Below, in pieces: positions 10,738 through 20,890 of a stretch of DNA of 64,000 bases. The position numbers were made by a program, and so were the translations under genes. The stretch lies in IMG/VR virus record IMGVR_UViG_3300045988_111426; one strand, written 5' to 3'. Every line of letters starts with the position of its first letter. Within the stretch, counting starts at the first letter, position 1. The stretch comes from a virus. The notes below the pieces were generated by a model, which saw only the letters and a program-made list of their open reading frames with translations, ran no database searches and had not been told where the DNA came from.

Positions 10738-10823
10738 GGAAGGTACTTTCCTTGCACTCTCTTTTTCCTTGAATACTTTCACACCCAAGAACTTCATAGA
10801 GCGCAAGGAAAGTACCTCGTCTT
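10738..10823 (-). repeat. dispersed ~85-bp inverted-repeat element, copy 1 (reverse orientation)
   Basis: Arms GGAAGGTACTTTCCTTGCACTC and GAGCGCAAGGAAAGTACCTCGTCTT. Between convergent genes, next to a terminator. Confidence 0.8.
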
Positions 10824-10928
10824 CATTTTAGTTTTAAAGACAACTTTCTCATGAAAACAATCGGGTGAATGATGAAAAAGAGAACGATAAATCTTAAAAT
10901 TGTTATCATACTTTTAGGTGGAAGTTAA

Positions 10929-11489
10929 CTATTCCTTAGGATTTATAACTTCTTCGTCTTCTGTCTTTTCATCTACCACAACTGACATCTTCTCTATGAA
11001 TTCGAGAGCTATCAATTCTGCAACTTGCCAATCAGTCTTCCAAGGATGCTTTACAAATCCAGTAAAGAAGACATAAACGTAGTCATCTTTATCTGACGGT
11101 TTTACTTTTTCGACATAGTTCTTCAAGATAAAAGACGCAAGTTCACGACATTTGTCCTCTTCCACAAACTCTTGTATCTCCTTGAAGAAGTCAAGATGGA
11201 ACATAACGTCTTCGGGTTCGAGTTCTTTATCACGTGAATAGAAAACCACAGATTTCCGTGTTTCTCTGTACAACTCAAACACGTATCTTTCTTCAATATC
11301 TCCGTTTATGAGTGTGGATTTATCAATTTGTCGGTAATACTTGTTAATGTATGAGCAGATGATATCAACACCTCTATCTGAGGGGTTAAACTTCGCCATT
11401 AAGAAATCTTCAAGTCTCACACCTTTGCTTTGTATGATAGAGTTGCAACTTTTAACAACTCTATCCACGAATTTTTCTACCTTGTTCAT
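10929..11489 (-). CDS. hypothetical acidic protein
   Basis: ORF-track start 11495 is TTG. The first ATG at 11489 gives MNKVEKFVDR... Confidence 0.6.
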   Translation of the reverse strand: MNKVEKFVDRVVKSCNSIIQSKGVRLEDFLMAKFNPSDRGVDIICSYINKYYRQIDKSTLINGDIEERYVFELYRETRKSVVFYSRDKELEPEDVMFHLDFFKEIQEFVEEDKCRELASFILKNYVEKVKPSDKDDYVYVFFTGFVKHPWKTDWQVAELIALEFIEKMSVVVDEKTEDEEVINPKE

Positions 11490-11572
11490 AAGCAACGTTA
11501 ATAATGGTTAAAATACATCGAGGGCTTTGCACGTACTTTTGTTATCCGTACAAAGCCCTCGAAGAGTTGTTG

Positions 11573-12094
11573 TTATCGATATCTATAAGAACCCTTCTGG
11601 CTCTGTTGAGGATACTTGCCTTCCATTGCGGAGGTTATCTCATCAAACAGTTCCTTCATGTTCTTTGAGAAATCTATCTTACAGAAAATCCAGATCATTC
11701 CTTCTTCAGACTTATCTTCTACAAAGTCAAAGAGGTTCTTGTAGAAGTATTCTCCTATGTCTTCACGAGAGTAGTTTGATTCATCCACCATCATTCTGAA
11801 GATCGGCATCTTTTCAAGTATACGATAGAAGATTTCATCGGGATTTTTCATATCCATCTCGGTACTTCCAGCAACACCCATGAATGACTGGTTGAACTTC
11901 TCCATGAGTTCTCTCACATCATAACCATCAATCTTGTCATCTACAACTTCAGACCCTTCTCCGACTTCGAGACCATATCTCACGGAAACCCACGTGTAGA
12001 ATGCACTTCTTCTGAATTTGGTGAAGTCACCACGCATTGACAAGAACTCTTCAAGAAGTTCCGTTGCTGATTCGAAAATTCTCAGTTTTTTCAT
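11573..12094 (-). CDS. hypothetical protein
   Basis: 173-aa ORF. TAATG stop/start overlap with the upstream gene. Hairpin downstream. Confidence 0.6.
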   Translation of the reverse strand: MKKLRIFESATELLEEFLSMRGDFTKFRRSAFYTWVSVRYGLEVGEGSEVVDDKIDGYDVRELMEKFNQSFMGVAGSTEMDMKNPDEIFYRILEKMPIFRMMVDESNYSREDIGEYFYKNLFDFVEDKSEEGMIWIFCKIDFSKNMKELFDEITSAMEGKYPQQSQKGSYRYR

Positions 12095-12579
12095 TATCCT
12101 TTGTAGTATTCTTTAATGATTTCACGACAGATGTCCTTGATACCGAGATTGGGGTACTTTCTGTAGACATTAACGAAGATGTCCTTCGTTTCACGACCAT
12201 TTTCATGAGTGTAACTGAGGATATCAACGTAGTGATTGATGAAGTAGTTCACCATCTGTTGCTTGTCGATAGAAGGGTCTATTTCCAAGATGTAACTGAT
12301 ATAGCGACCAGATGAGATGACATAGACGAGATCATCATAGCTGTTGTATGTCCATTCATAAGCTTGGTTGACCTCATCGATGAGATTTCTGAAGTACTCT
12401 GTGCTTTTTTCTATTCCATCTACGATAGTGCCATCTTCCACAAAGTTCTCTTCATAGAAGAGGAGGTACTCATAAACGAGTGGTCTTGTCTCTTTACCCA
12501 TGCCGAACTTCTGTTCAAGAAGATCACCGACGTACATCCAGTCATCTTCTTGGTGTTCGAATATCTTCAGTTTATTCAT
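12094..12579 (-). CDS. hypothetical protein
   Basis: 161-aa ORF. Its N-terminus MNKLKIFE resembles that of the neighbouring gene (MKKLRIFE). Confidence 0.6.
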   Translation of the reverse strand: MNKLKIFEHQEDDWMYVGDLLEQKFGMGKETRPLVYEYLLFYEENFVEDGTIVDGIEKSTEYFRNLIDEVNQAYEWTYNSYDDLVYVISSGRYISYILEIDPSIDKQQMVNYFINHYVDILSYTHENGRETKDIFVNVYRKYPNLGIKDICREIIKEYYKG

Positions 12580-12689
12580 TATTCCGTGGTTATTATTTCT
12601 TTATGTAACTGACCGATACGAATTGGGCTACAAACCTCGAGAGAGAGATCCGTAGACCAACAACCCTTATAAAAGTAATCAACAAATCG

Positions 12690-12761
12690 TACCCCAGCCA
12701 AGAATCGAACTTGGATTGTCGGTTTAGAAGACCGATGTTCTATCCATTGAACTACTAGGGC
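12690..12761 (-). tRNA. tRNA-Arg (anticodon UCU)
   Basis: Manual cloverleaf, 72 nt. Acceptor GCCCTAG/CTGGGGT, D arm GTTC-AATGGATA-GAAC, anticodon arm TCGGT-CTTCTAA-ACCGA, T arm CCAAG-TTCGATT-CTTGG. No encoded CCA. Confidence 0.85.
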
Positions 12762-12937
12762 GTTCGGGGAGGTGAGGAAAACTCTCGGGAAGAATCTCCC
12801 TCACCTCCTTTGAGAATCAGTTTTATCTGACACTTCGTTTATCCATCGTTTTTATAATGGTGGAGAAGATGTCAGTTTCTGATGTTCCATTTCCCATTTC
12901 TCTCGTAAATCTTATGGATCTCGGAGATTCGTGGTTT

Positions 12938-14680
12938 TTATCTGTACATTGAGATATCGTAACCTCTCTCTTCAAGGAACGATATCACGAAGTTGATGTA
13001 GTTATCAACATCCTGCTCAATGAACCATTCCGATGTGGTAAATGAACAGAACGCATCAACATCCTCGTCGGTGAGATTCACGGAAAGCTGGTCATAAACG
13101 TCGGGGATTATCTGACAGATGTTGTAGATAACACTCGTTCGAAGCTGGTTTCTATCAACCCCTTCTTCTTCTTTGTTTGCATCAAGAGAAATTGAAGAAT
13201 CGACAAGGAGCTGGTTTATACCATAGCAGAACGAGAGATCTATCAGATTTTCCTGCAGATAAACTTCCGAGTTCGGTGCAATTCTGGCTTCTCTATAAAT
13301 TCTGTCGAGATCTGCAAGGAAATCTGTGTAAAGCTGAGGATCAAGATGCTCGGAAGCAAGTCTACGGAACTCTTCGGAATCAATGATTATACTTTCGTTG
13401 TACTTGAAATCACGGATTTCAGAAATTCCATAAGGATTCTTATCATCCGATGCGCACGTCGAAAGTGATCTGAAGTAGAGAATTGTGATCAGTATCACGA
13501 AATCACGATCTTTCTCCTGCTTGACAGTGTCTCCAAGTTCGTCGATGTACTCAAGGATGAACTTTCCATCTTCCCACTTCAAGATTGATCCGTTTGCAAG
13601 AGTATATTCTTTCCCGAGTTGGATCATGTCTTGAATATGTGCTTCGATGAACTCGTGGTCGTATTCAGAAGAAAGAATATCAGTGACGAGATCATTTTCC
13701 TTTGCACAATTCACGATGTCGTTACATTCGAAGACTTCCTCGAGATCCTCATCATTGATAACAAGAACCTTACGTGCTTCATCAATATGGAGCTTGATCG
13801 ACTTCTGATTTTCAAGTTTACAGAGAACGTGGTCTTCGGTGACTTCATAAACGACGATTTCGTCAAACTCTGAGAGGTACTTTGAATCAGAATCAACAAC
13901 GATGAATTTCCCAGGTTTCACGTCACTCAGACGAACGTCTCCGATGAGCTCATCATCTTCACCTTCTTCTTCCATGATTAACACGTCAGTGAACGTTTCG
14001 TGATACGTCTTGATGAGTTCTTCAACTTCTGCCTTGTTTTCAAGGGTGGATTCATTCTCATGGATGTCTACGTGAACCTCAAAGCCAGTTTCAGTATCTC
14101 CCGAGGATACAACGAAAGTGATGAAGTTGTCACCACTCGAGAGGAAATCTACGACAGGTTCGAATGCGCTTTTGTTTCGTTCGACGTACTCGTAGGTGAA
14201 GTAGAACTCGAAATCGATGTAATCAGAAAAAACATAAGTACCTTCTTCAATGTTAACAGATGAGTTTTCAAGTGATTCATTGATCTTTGCTTTATATGAT
14301 TCTTCAATGAAGGCAATACCTTGGTTTATCTTGCCCATCGAGGTTTTATCGAAAAGTCTTGTATTACCAACGACGAGGGTGTTATCTTCAACGATCTGTC
14401 GGAACGATTCATAGATCTTTGAAGAAATCTTTCTGTATCTGCGAAGATAGGTCTTGATGTCTTCGGGTTTGCTGATGTACTTCTTCTCGTTGATGATTTG
14501 GAGGGCATTCGACATGATGCCGTTTTTATCGAGTATATCTTGAACACGACGAGCGATCACAGATTCATTAACAGCGCCTGTGAGCATATCTCCTACCACT
14601 TCGTTGAGTTCTCGTTCAACATTGGGGAGATTCTCTTTTCTACAATGTTCGAAGATCTTTTGTATTTTTTCTTTAAACAT
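12938..14680 (-). CDS. hypothetical acidic protein
   Basis: 580-aa ORF with a late-like motif TGTAAATAAGAAAACG 30 nt upstream. Confidence 0.65.
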   Translation of the reverse strand: MFKEKIQKIFEHCRKENLPNVERELNEVVGDMLTGAVNESVIARRVQDILDKNGIMSNALQIINEKKYISKPEDIKTYLRRYRKISSKIYESFRQIVEDNTLVVGNTRLFDKTSMGKINQGIAFIEESYKAKINESLENSSVNIEEGTYVFSDYIDFEFYFTYEYVERNKSAFEPVVDFLSSGDNFITFVVSSGDTETGFEVHVDIHENESTLENKAEVEELIKTYHETFTDVLIMEEEGEDDELIGDVRLSDVKPGKFIVVDSDSKYLSEFDEIVVYEVTEDHVLCKLENQKSIKLHIDEARKVLVINDEDLEEVFECNDIVNCAKENDLVTDILSSEYDHEFIEAHIQDMIQLGKEYTLANGSILKWEDGKFILEYIDELGDTVKQEKDRDFVILITILYFRSLSTCASDDKNPYGISEIRDFKYNESIIIDSEEFRRLASEHLDPQLYTDFLADLDRIYREARIAPNSEVYLQENLIDLSFCYGINQLLVDSSISLDANKEEEGVDRNQLRTSVIYNICQIIPDVYDQLSVNLTDEDVDAFCSFTTSEWFIEQDVDNYINFVISFLEERGYDISMYR

Positions 14681-14812
14681 TTTCTTAATCCAGATTAATA
14701 TTTATTAAAACGTTTTCTTATTTACAAGACGGTGAAAACGTTGTGGGGAACGATCCCGAAATTGATCGTTCCCCACTCGTCAACAACAAAAATGTTCAAC
14801 AACAAATCCGAA

Positions 14813-15697
14813 TTACAGTCTTTCGTAATTCTCACAAATAGACCCCCAAACCTTGTAGCGAGAGCCGTCAATGCCTTCGACTATCATAACTGGGGATGTT
14901 GAATAGACAAGATTTCGAAAATCTTCGATCTTCACAACTGATCGAAGATTCTCGAGTGATTCGTTTATGCTTTTTATGCTAAACTCTTTCTCTGATGAAT
15001 AAGTGTCCTTGAAAATTGAGCAAACTTCGCCATCTGGGTTTTCACAAACGTCTCTGAGTATTATCTCACGAGAGTTTCTTGGAGGTTCTGATCCATAAAG
15101 CGTTCTATAAATGTGATCGGCTTCATCTTTGGTGAGAGATTTTGCCCAATAGATGATTTCTTCTCTTGAGAGCGTTCCATTTTCATAGATCGATCTTTTA
15201 TATGATGCAAATGCAGCTTCATTGATCGATTTGTTATAAACACCGACTTCTTGAAGAACATCAATAATCACCGATGCAACAAAACCTGGGTTTTCGTATT
15301 CTACTTCAAGAAGATCTTGATAACTTACAGTTCCAAAGGTCGAGAACAGTGCTTCTGATATCTTCGTAAGGATGTGTTCATCGATGATGTAATAATTAAT
15401 CGATGAAATCTCAATAGGTTGAAGCACGGAATCCGTGAGAGCGAGGAATTCATCTTCAGTGATGATATCGGCTTCTTCAATATCTCCCACAACGCTGTCG
15501 AGAAGAGTGATGTCCTTTTCAGATAAATGGCTAATGTAGCTTGGATTTTCTGAGAGAAGATTAGACATGAAAGCCATCTTCTCATATTCTCCAGTTGTAA
15601 AGTGAGATGCGTATTCATCAATGCGACGACGAATACGTTCAGAATCTATGTTCTCGAAAATCGATCTTAATCTCTCAGATTTCTCGACCTTGTTCAT
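14813..15697 (-). CDS. hypothetical protein
   Basis: 294-aa ORF with motif CTTAAATAAGACAAAG 13 nt upstream. Confidence 0.65.
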   Translation of the reverse strand: MNKVEKSERLRSIFENIDSERIRRRIDEYASHFTTGEYEKMAFMSNLLSENPSYISHLSEKDITLLDSVVGDIEEADIITEDEFLALTDSVLQPIEISSINYYIIDEHILTKISEALFSTFGTVSYQDLLEVEYENPGFVASVIIDVLQEVGVYNKSINEAAFASYKRSIYENGTLSREEIIYWAKSLTKDEADHIYRTLYGSEPPRNSREIILRDVCENPDGEVCSIFKDTYSSEKEFSIKSINESLENLRSVVKIEDFRNLVYSTSPVMIVEGIDGSRYKVWGSICENYERL

Positions 15698-15733
15698 GGG
15701 TTTAAAAATGCTTTGTCTTATTTAAGAAATATG

Positions 15734-15814
15734 TCTTCCTTGCGCTCGAAGATATCTGAAGGTAGTTTTACCCCATCGAAACGATCTGAATACAAGGAAA
15801 GTACCTCTCTTTAA
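15734..15814 (+). repeat. inverted-repeat element, copy 2 (left arm degenerate)
   Basis: TCTTCCTTGCGCTCGAAGATATCTGA ... CAAGGAAAGTACCTCTCTTTAA. Next to the terminator hairpin at 15821-15850. Confidence 0.7.
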
Positions 15815-15820
15815 ACAGAA

Positions 15821-15850
15821 AGAGGGTGACATCTTTCAATATCACCCTCT
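15821..15850. terminator. bidirectional terminator hairpin
   Basis: AGAGGGTGA..TCACCCTCT with T-rich runs on both sides. Confidence 0.6.
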
Positions 15851-15858
15851 TTCTTTTG

Positions 15859-16161
15859 TTATTGTTCACCGAGAGACTTTGGTGTGAATGATTCGAACTT
15901 CGGCATCTGTTGCTCATACTCTTGTTGTTGTTGAGCTTCTCGCCTTAGTCTTTCTTCCTCTTCTTCCTCAAGTCTCTTTTTGTAAGCCAGTATCAGAGAT
16001 TGCAGTTCAACATATGGCATCTGATGAATCTCTGACCACGACAGTATCTTATCAAAGATCAACCTGTGAACTATCTCCGAAAAGTTCTCCAATGATACTT
16101 TCATCAGAGAGTAGAGTTGACCACTCTGGAAATCGGACTGGTACCTTGTTCTCCTTTCCAC
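15859..16161 (-). CDS. small Glu/Gln-rich coiled-coil protein, start uncertain
   Basis: The ORF-track start is GTG and overlaps the upstream gene by 110 nt. The first non-overlapping ATG at 16020 gives a 53-aa product, MPYVELQSLILAYKKRLEEEEEE... Confidence 0.4.
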   Translation of the reverse strand: MERRTRYQSDFQSGQLYSLMKVSLENFSEIVHRLIFDKILSWSEIHQMPYVELQSLILAYKKRLEEEEEERLRREAQQQQEYEQQMPKFESFTPKSLGEQ

Positions 16162-17035
16162 ACTTTGAGCAGTGTACTTCCATCATAGGATCAACACCAA
16201 CCTTGAGTGTCTTAGTGACATGAGTAGCGACCTTGTACTTGTCGACTGACCAACGCTTGATTTCTTCGAGTTTACGCTTGATGTACTTACCACTGTCGTC
16301 GATATCTCTCCAATCCTTGGTAATGTACATGATGATCGTAAGATCAGCAAGGTCGTAATAACCACCTTCACCTCTCTGCTTCTTGATTTCTGCTTCCTTG
16401 ATGTATTGGAAGATCTTCTCCGTCACACCAACAGTAGGCACGTAGATTTCAAGAGGAGATTCAAATTTCTCGTGATTAATAACGAATGATCTCTTTTCAT
16501 CATCATAGAACTTCATTATAGAATCGGGGATGCTGTAATAACCAAGATTCCCCTTTTCGATTTCTACCGAGATTTCCTCACCACAGCTGGGGCATGGAGA
16601 CTTGTGAGAAATCGTGGATTGGCGACCATCGGCAAGGAAAGTTCTCTCACGAACAGCAAAGAAGACAAAGATCTTGTCGAATTCGGAAAGATCTCTGTAA
16701 CTTACAGGATTTCCGTTCTTTGAGATTTTCACACAAACGTTGAAGAGCGTGGACATCTTGTCTTGAATGTCAAAGAAATCTTCATCGTTGATTGATGAGA
16801 AATGCTTGACTTCTTGAACATTTGCAGATTTTACAAGAACTTGAGTGCCCTTGTCATAGAAGAAAGACCTTGATGGTAATTCATCGGCAGGAATAGGCAC
16901 GAAGTTATGCTTCGTCACAAACTCTGATTCAAGCTGTTCTCTATCCATAGGTTTGAATCCACCAAAAGGTGTTCCTTCTGTCTCTCGGAGGAGGTTTTCT
17001 TTTGCTTTTTCTTCTAATTCGTCGTAGCTACTCAT
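16052..17035 (-). CDS. hypothetical Zn-ribbon protein
   Basis: 327-aa ORF. Two CxxC pairs (SPCPSCGEE and HCSKCGKE). GATATAAGAAAGG motif about 22 nt upstream of the ATG. Confidence 0.7.
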   Translation of the reverse strand: MSSYDELEEKAKENLLRETEGTPFGGFKPMDREQLESEFVTKHNFVPIPADELPSRSFFYDKGTQVLVKSANVQEVKHFSSINDEDFFDIQDKMSTLFNVCVKISKNGNPVSYRDLSEFDKIFVFFAVRERTFLADGRQSTISHKSPCPSCGEEISVEIEKGNLGYYSIPDSIMKFYDDEKRSFVINHEKFESPLEIYVPTVGVTEKIFQYIKEAEIKKQRGEGGYYDLADLTIIMYITKDWRDIDDSGKYIKRKLEEIKRWSVDKYKVATHVTKTLKVGVDPMMEVHCSKCGKENKVPVRFPEWSTLLSDESIIGELFGDSSQVDL

Positions 17036-17057
17036 TATACAAAAATGTTATATTCCA

Positions 17058-17070
17058 CCTTTCTTATATC
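17058..17070 (-). promoter_or_regulatory. class-2 upstream motif GATATAAGAAAGG
   Basis: About 22 nt upstream of the ATG at 17035. Related copies precede the helicase, Mre11-like, ligase, RuvC-like and terminase-fragment genes and the tRNA genes. Confidence 0.35.
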
Positions 17071-17071
17071 T

Positions 17072-20000
17072 TTACTCATTATCGAGATACTTCTCCATCT
17101 GCTTGTACATCTCTTCACCGTAGATCTTCTGGGCTTCAACCGAGATTTCGTTATCAAGAGAGAATCCGCCAGTTCTTGTTCTATCGGACATTTGCATTCT
17201 TTCGAGCATCTCTGAGATACCAGGTTTTACCCACGTCAAAGATATCTTCTTGAACTTCACACCGCTCTGTGGATCTACGAGATTTGATTCACGAGAGTAT
17301 TTGTCGATATAGTTAGGATTTTCGAATTCTACAACTATCGAGGTGTAAGATTGCTTGTTTGGAGCATATCCACAATCTGCGGAATACCCTTGTGTATAAC
17401 CAACACCTTTCTTGTAAAGTGATGTATAACCACTGAACTCAAGAAGTCTATCGTCAAATCGTACATTCCTAAATATGCGATTTGAATCAATATTCGCTTT
17501 TCTGTTCTGAATGACATCTTTGAGCATTGAACCATGAATAGATTCTCTTCCATCTCTGAACGGTGTCATGGACACTTTGCACATACCATCGGTGTAGAGA
17601 GTTGTATTATCAGAGAACATGATATCGGTCACTGGCATGAATATGGAAGGAATCAACATAGACATCGAGAACCCATATGATTCTTGTAGAGGAGTTTGAT
17701 CTGACAGTTTTACATTATGCACATGTGACTTCTTGTACACTGCATTATGACCTTTATTGCCACCCAGAACACGACCTGCCCATCCAATCATACTGTCCAA
17801 CATTATCCACTCGTCTAAGCATTCTGTAAGCTTTGAATTGAAGAGAATGGTTTTCAATGCCATGGATGAATCCGTACCTGGTTCATATGCATCGGTGTAA
17901 TAAACATGTCTTTGATATGCATAGAAATCACTCACAGACGGTTTCTTTACCTGCAATAATGAACATTCAACATAAATGTCCATGTGAACAACATCACCAA
18001 CAACTTTGAGGGAGAACATGTCGTTCGACAAGAGTTCCTGTGATTCATCAGTTACACTATGATCATTGATGAATGTCGTCATCACACAAGGTACGTGATT
18101 GAGAGATCTATCAGAGAATGGTGACAGTTTTACAATCGATCTCGTCTTGATAGGAGAGAACACAAACGCTGTCTTCCTCGACCGTCTATTCTGTTTTGAT
18201 TCGATATATGAATCGAACGTTTCACACTTAGTACCACCATTCACCAGAACTCTCTGGAATTTATCGGGGGTTATACGTTGCGAACCCGAATTCATACCTT
18301 CTGCTATCAAGTCCATGGCGTTCATATAATAGAAGTTTCTCTGAACTTCGTGAACAAAATCTTGATAAACTGCTGGTTTTATGTCTTCATATTCCAGAAG
18401 TCCACGACTACCATTTTGTGCATCATAGTGACCAATGAACGCCATAAATGATGTCGCATTGAGCATGAAGTTGTTCATAGAATTCCCACCAGGTTTTCTC
18501 TTTATTGGTCTACCTTCTGCATCATAGTTGATAATTGTCGAGAAAATGTTGCCTTCACCATAAGGAACCCCAGCACCTCTACGATTACCTGCGATATGAT
18601 TCTTTGTTTGATCACTAACATCTACTCTTACCTTGTCGAATATCGTCTTCTGATAAGTTGATACATCATTGATATCGTACTCGAAACATGACCAACCGTC
18701 TTGAATCTTGAAACCTACTGGTTTGAACTTGTCTCGTGTGTCATCATAGATCTCGTTGTGCAACTTCACGTAGTACGTCTTCACCTTCTTCTCAGATTCG
18801 AAAACGTACTTCTCAGATTGACTGATGAGGTTCGTCGATGGCTTCATCACGATAACGTTACCTGCTTTCTTCCAACCTTCGTCTTTGTTTTGAGAAGGGA
18901 AAGTTATCGTAGAATAGTCAATGTTACCACCACTAAGATTAAAAGCAGGGATTTTCACGTATTCTTCATAATCTGCGATCTTCCGAGATTTTACAGATTC
19001 AAGACTTATGGATTGACTGGAAAGTTTGCCATGTCCCCAAGCACCAATACCAATCAAAGTGTTCTTATCCGTTTCATGGGTATCGTAATGAGTATCTGCA
19101 AACGTATCAGTATCACCTATCGCAAATACACCGAACAATCTGTGCAGGGGAGAGTACTTGTTATGGAACACACCAGCATCACCCTTGATGAATGTTGAAA
19201 CGTAGACATTCGACGAAGACCCTTCACCAGTTTTTGAAAGAGTGTTAGTGGAAATCGTCATGTTCTTACCATCAGAAGGAGAGAACAGACCAAACCCAAG
19301 AGTACGAAGATCTAACTTCTGCTCTCGGACATCAACGAAGATATCTGAGAAGAGGGTGTTCGATTTTATACTCTTTCTATCAAGTTCACCAACTTTTGAA
19401 TTGGTATCAGAAATCCACTGACGAATGTAAGTGTCACCGATGCGGATATCACTTCCTGCATCAACAGTCAGAACAGTGTTGTCAGAAAGTGACATTGCAC
19501 CACTGACACCTTGTAACTTCTTCGTTTTGAGGATATCTGCCGAGAGTCCATTCCCAGATCCAATGGAAACCATAGTTCCACTGTTGGGAGAGATCGTGTT
19601 GGTCTTGATAGATGGGGCAGAGAACGTTTCATACTCAGTTGCCAAGACATCATTTCTCTCATTCGTATAAAGGATCGACTTTGAGAAATCGGCAATCATA
19701 GACTTTATGACAAACCGCTGACGATTGTCAATAACCACTGCTCTCTTGTTATGACGATCAATTACTGATAAGGTATGCGTGGAAATCGTAGAATGAGAAT
19801 CGTTGGTTCTTTTGTTTGTGAGAAGTTCTATGAATGGTTGATTTGTATCTTCACCATCGCTATTCTCAAGAGAGAATCTCAAGCGTTGACCAGTTACCAG
19901 TCCTTTCGATTTGTCATTCTCATAAAGATCAACGTATCTGGCCGATGCCCAATGACGTGGACTTACAAAGTCGAACGATTGCTGAGAATTCTTACGGAAG

Positions 20001-20848
20001 TACAGCCTTACTTGATCCTTTATATCGGAATCGACAGCATTGGCATCTGCAGTTAAAGTCTGAGGTATGTTTGCAATGGCCAGAGTTGGATCTCCATAAG
20101 CATGCTTCCCAATACCAAGACCAAATCTGTAATATCTCGTGCTGTTATTCGATTCCCCAGATGAAGGAATGAACTGACCAAGAAGTATACGATCGGCAGT
20201 TTGTAAAATATGGTCACGGACTGTAGAGTTTTCAATATCGGTGTTTATATGGAAAGCAGATCCACCTCCGCCAGTTGATCCACCTCCGCCTCCTCCAGTG
20301 CCTGGTGATGTTCCTCCACCACCACCTCCGCTCAGTGCTGAGTAGTTTATCTTTCTTGTAACAAATATCTCAGAATCAGTCACCGATTCGACAGTAAGCA
20401 GGTCACCATTTTTCGTGAATATAACATCACCCACACGATACTTCAGAAGTTCGATTCTTTCATTTTCCTTTTCTGGTGTATTGGGAATAGAAATCGAATA
20501 TGAGTTGTACTGTATTTCACGAAGGTCACTGGTGTTCATCTGTAGGAACTTGACGGACTGTGATGCTTGTACCACAGTGTTCCCATCACGCCCATCGCTA
20601 CCATCACGCCCAGGTTTACCGATCATCTTTATTCGTGATCCTTCAGCACCGAGAATTTCGGAATATTTCCCATCTGCTATGTTTCTAAGGATCAGAGTAG
20701 TCATGAAGTCCACAAGATCAGTTCTTTCATGCCTGAGTATCTGATCAAAGTTGTGGTTCAGTTTTTCTACAAGATTCAGTACAGAATCGTCTTGTTCTAT
20801 GCTGAACAGTGTCATATCTTGGATGTCAGTTCCGCTATATTTTCCCAT
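17072..20848 (-). CDS. giant tail-fibre-like virion protein
   Basis: 1258-aa ORF with GGTAAATAAGCAAATAT 13 nt upstream. Short collagen-like GKPGRDGSDGRDGN. Gly-rich linker SGGGGGGTSPGTGGGGGGSTGGGGS. Confidence 0.75.
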   Translation of the reverse strand: MGKYSGTDIQDMTLFSIEQDDSVLNLVEKLNHNFDQILRHERTDLVDFMTTLILRNIADGKYSEILGAEGSRIKMIGKPGRDGSDGRDGNTVVQASQSVKFLQMNTSDLREIQYNSYSISIPNTPEKENERIELLKYRVGDVIFTKNGDLLTVESVTDSEIFVTRKINYSALSGGGGGGTSPGTGGGGGGSTGGGGSAFHINTDIENSTVRDHILQTADRILLGQFIPSSGESNNSTRYYRFGLGIGKHAYGDPTLAIANIPQTLTADANAVDSDIKDQVRLYFRKNSQQSFDFVSPRHWASARYVDLYENDKSKGLVTGQRLRFSLENSDGEDTNQPFIELLTNKRTNDSHSTISTHTLSVIDRHNKRAVVIDNRQRFVIKSMIADFSKSILYTNERNDVLATEYETFSAPSIKTNTISPNSGTMVSIGSGNGLSADILKTKKLQGVSGAMSLSDNTVLTVDAGSDIRIGDTYIRQWISDTNSKVGELDRKSIKSNTLFSDIFVDVREQKLDLRTLGFGLFSPSDGKNMTISTNTLSKTGEGSSSNVYVSTFIKGDAGVFHNKYSPLHRLFGVFAIGDTDTFADTHYDTHETDKNTLIGIGAWGHGKLSSQSISLESVKSRKIADYEEYVKIPAFNLSGGNIDYSTITFPSQNKDEGWKKAGNVIVMKPSTNLISQSEKYVFESEKKVKTYYVKLHNEIYDDTRDKFKPVGFKIQDGWSCFEYDINDVSTYQKTIFDKVRVDVSDQTKNHIAGNRRGAGVPYGEGNIFSTIINYDAEGRPIKRKPGGNSMNNFMLNATSFMAFIGHYDAQNGSRGLLEYEDIKPAVYQDFVHEVQRNFYYMNAMDLIAEGMNSGSQRITPDKFQRVLVNGGTKCETFDSYIESKQNRRSRKTAFVFSPIKTRSIVKLSPFSDRSLNHVPCVMTTFINDHSVTDESQELLSNDMFSLKVVGDVVHMDIYVECSLLQVKKPSVSDFYAYQRHVYYTDAYEPGTDSSMALKTILFNSKLTECLDEWIMLDSMIGWAGRVLGGNKGHNAVYKKSHVHNVKLSDQTPLQESYGFSMSMLIPSIFMPVTDIMFSDNTTLYTDGMCKVSMTPFRDGRESIHGSMLKDVIQNRKANIDSNRIFRNVRFDDRLLEFSGYTSLYKKGVGYTQGYSADCGYAPNKQSYTSIVVEFENPNYIDKYSRESNLVDPQSGVKFKKISLTWVKPGISEMLERMQMSDRTRTGGFSLDNEISVEAQKIYGEEMYKQMEKYLDNE

Positions 20849-20861
20849 GCTTTTTCGGAGG

Positions 20862-20878
20862 ATATTTGCTTATTTACC
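20862..20878 (-). promoter_or_regulatory. late-type upstream motif GGTAAATAAGCAAATAT
   Basis: 13 nt upstream of the ATG of the 1258-aa gene. Identical 17-mer to the copy at 9983. Confidence 0.5.
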
Positions 20879-20890
20879 TTCCGAGAGCGG

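Noticed and set aside
10929-15697. Paralogous family among five consecutive acidic proteins with similar N-termini (MNKLKIFE, MKKLRIFE, MNKVEK...)
   Set aside because: Similarity by eye is limited to the first ~8 residues. That is insufficient without a proper alignment.
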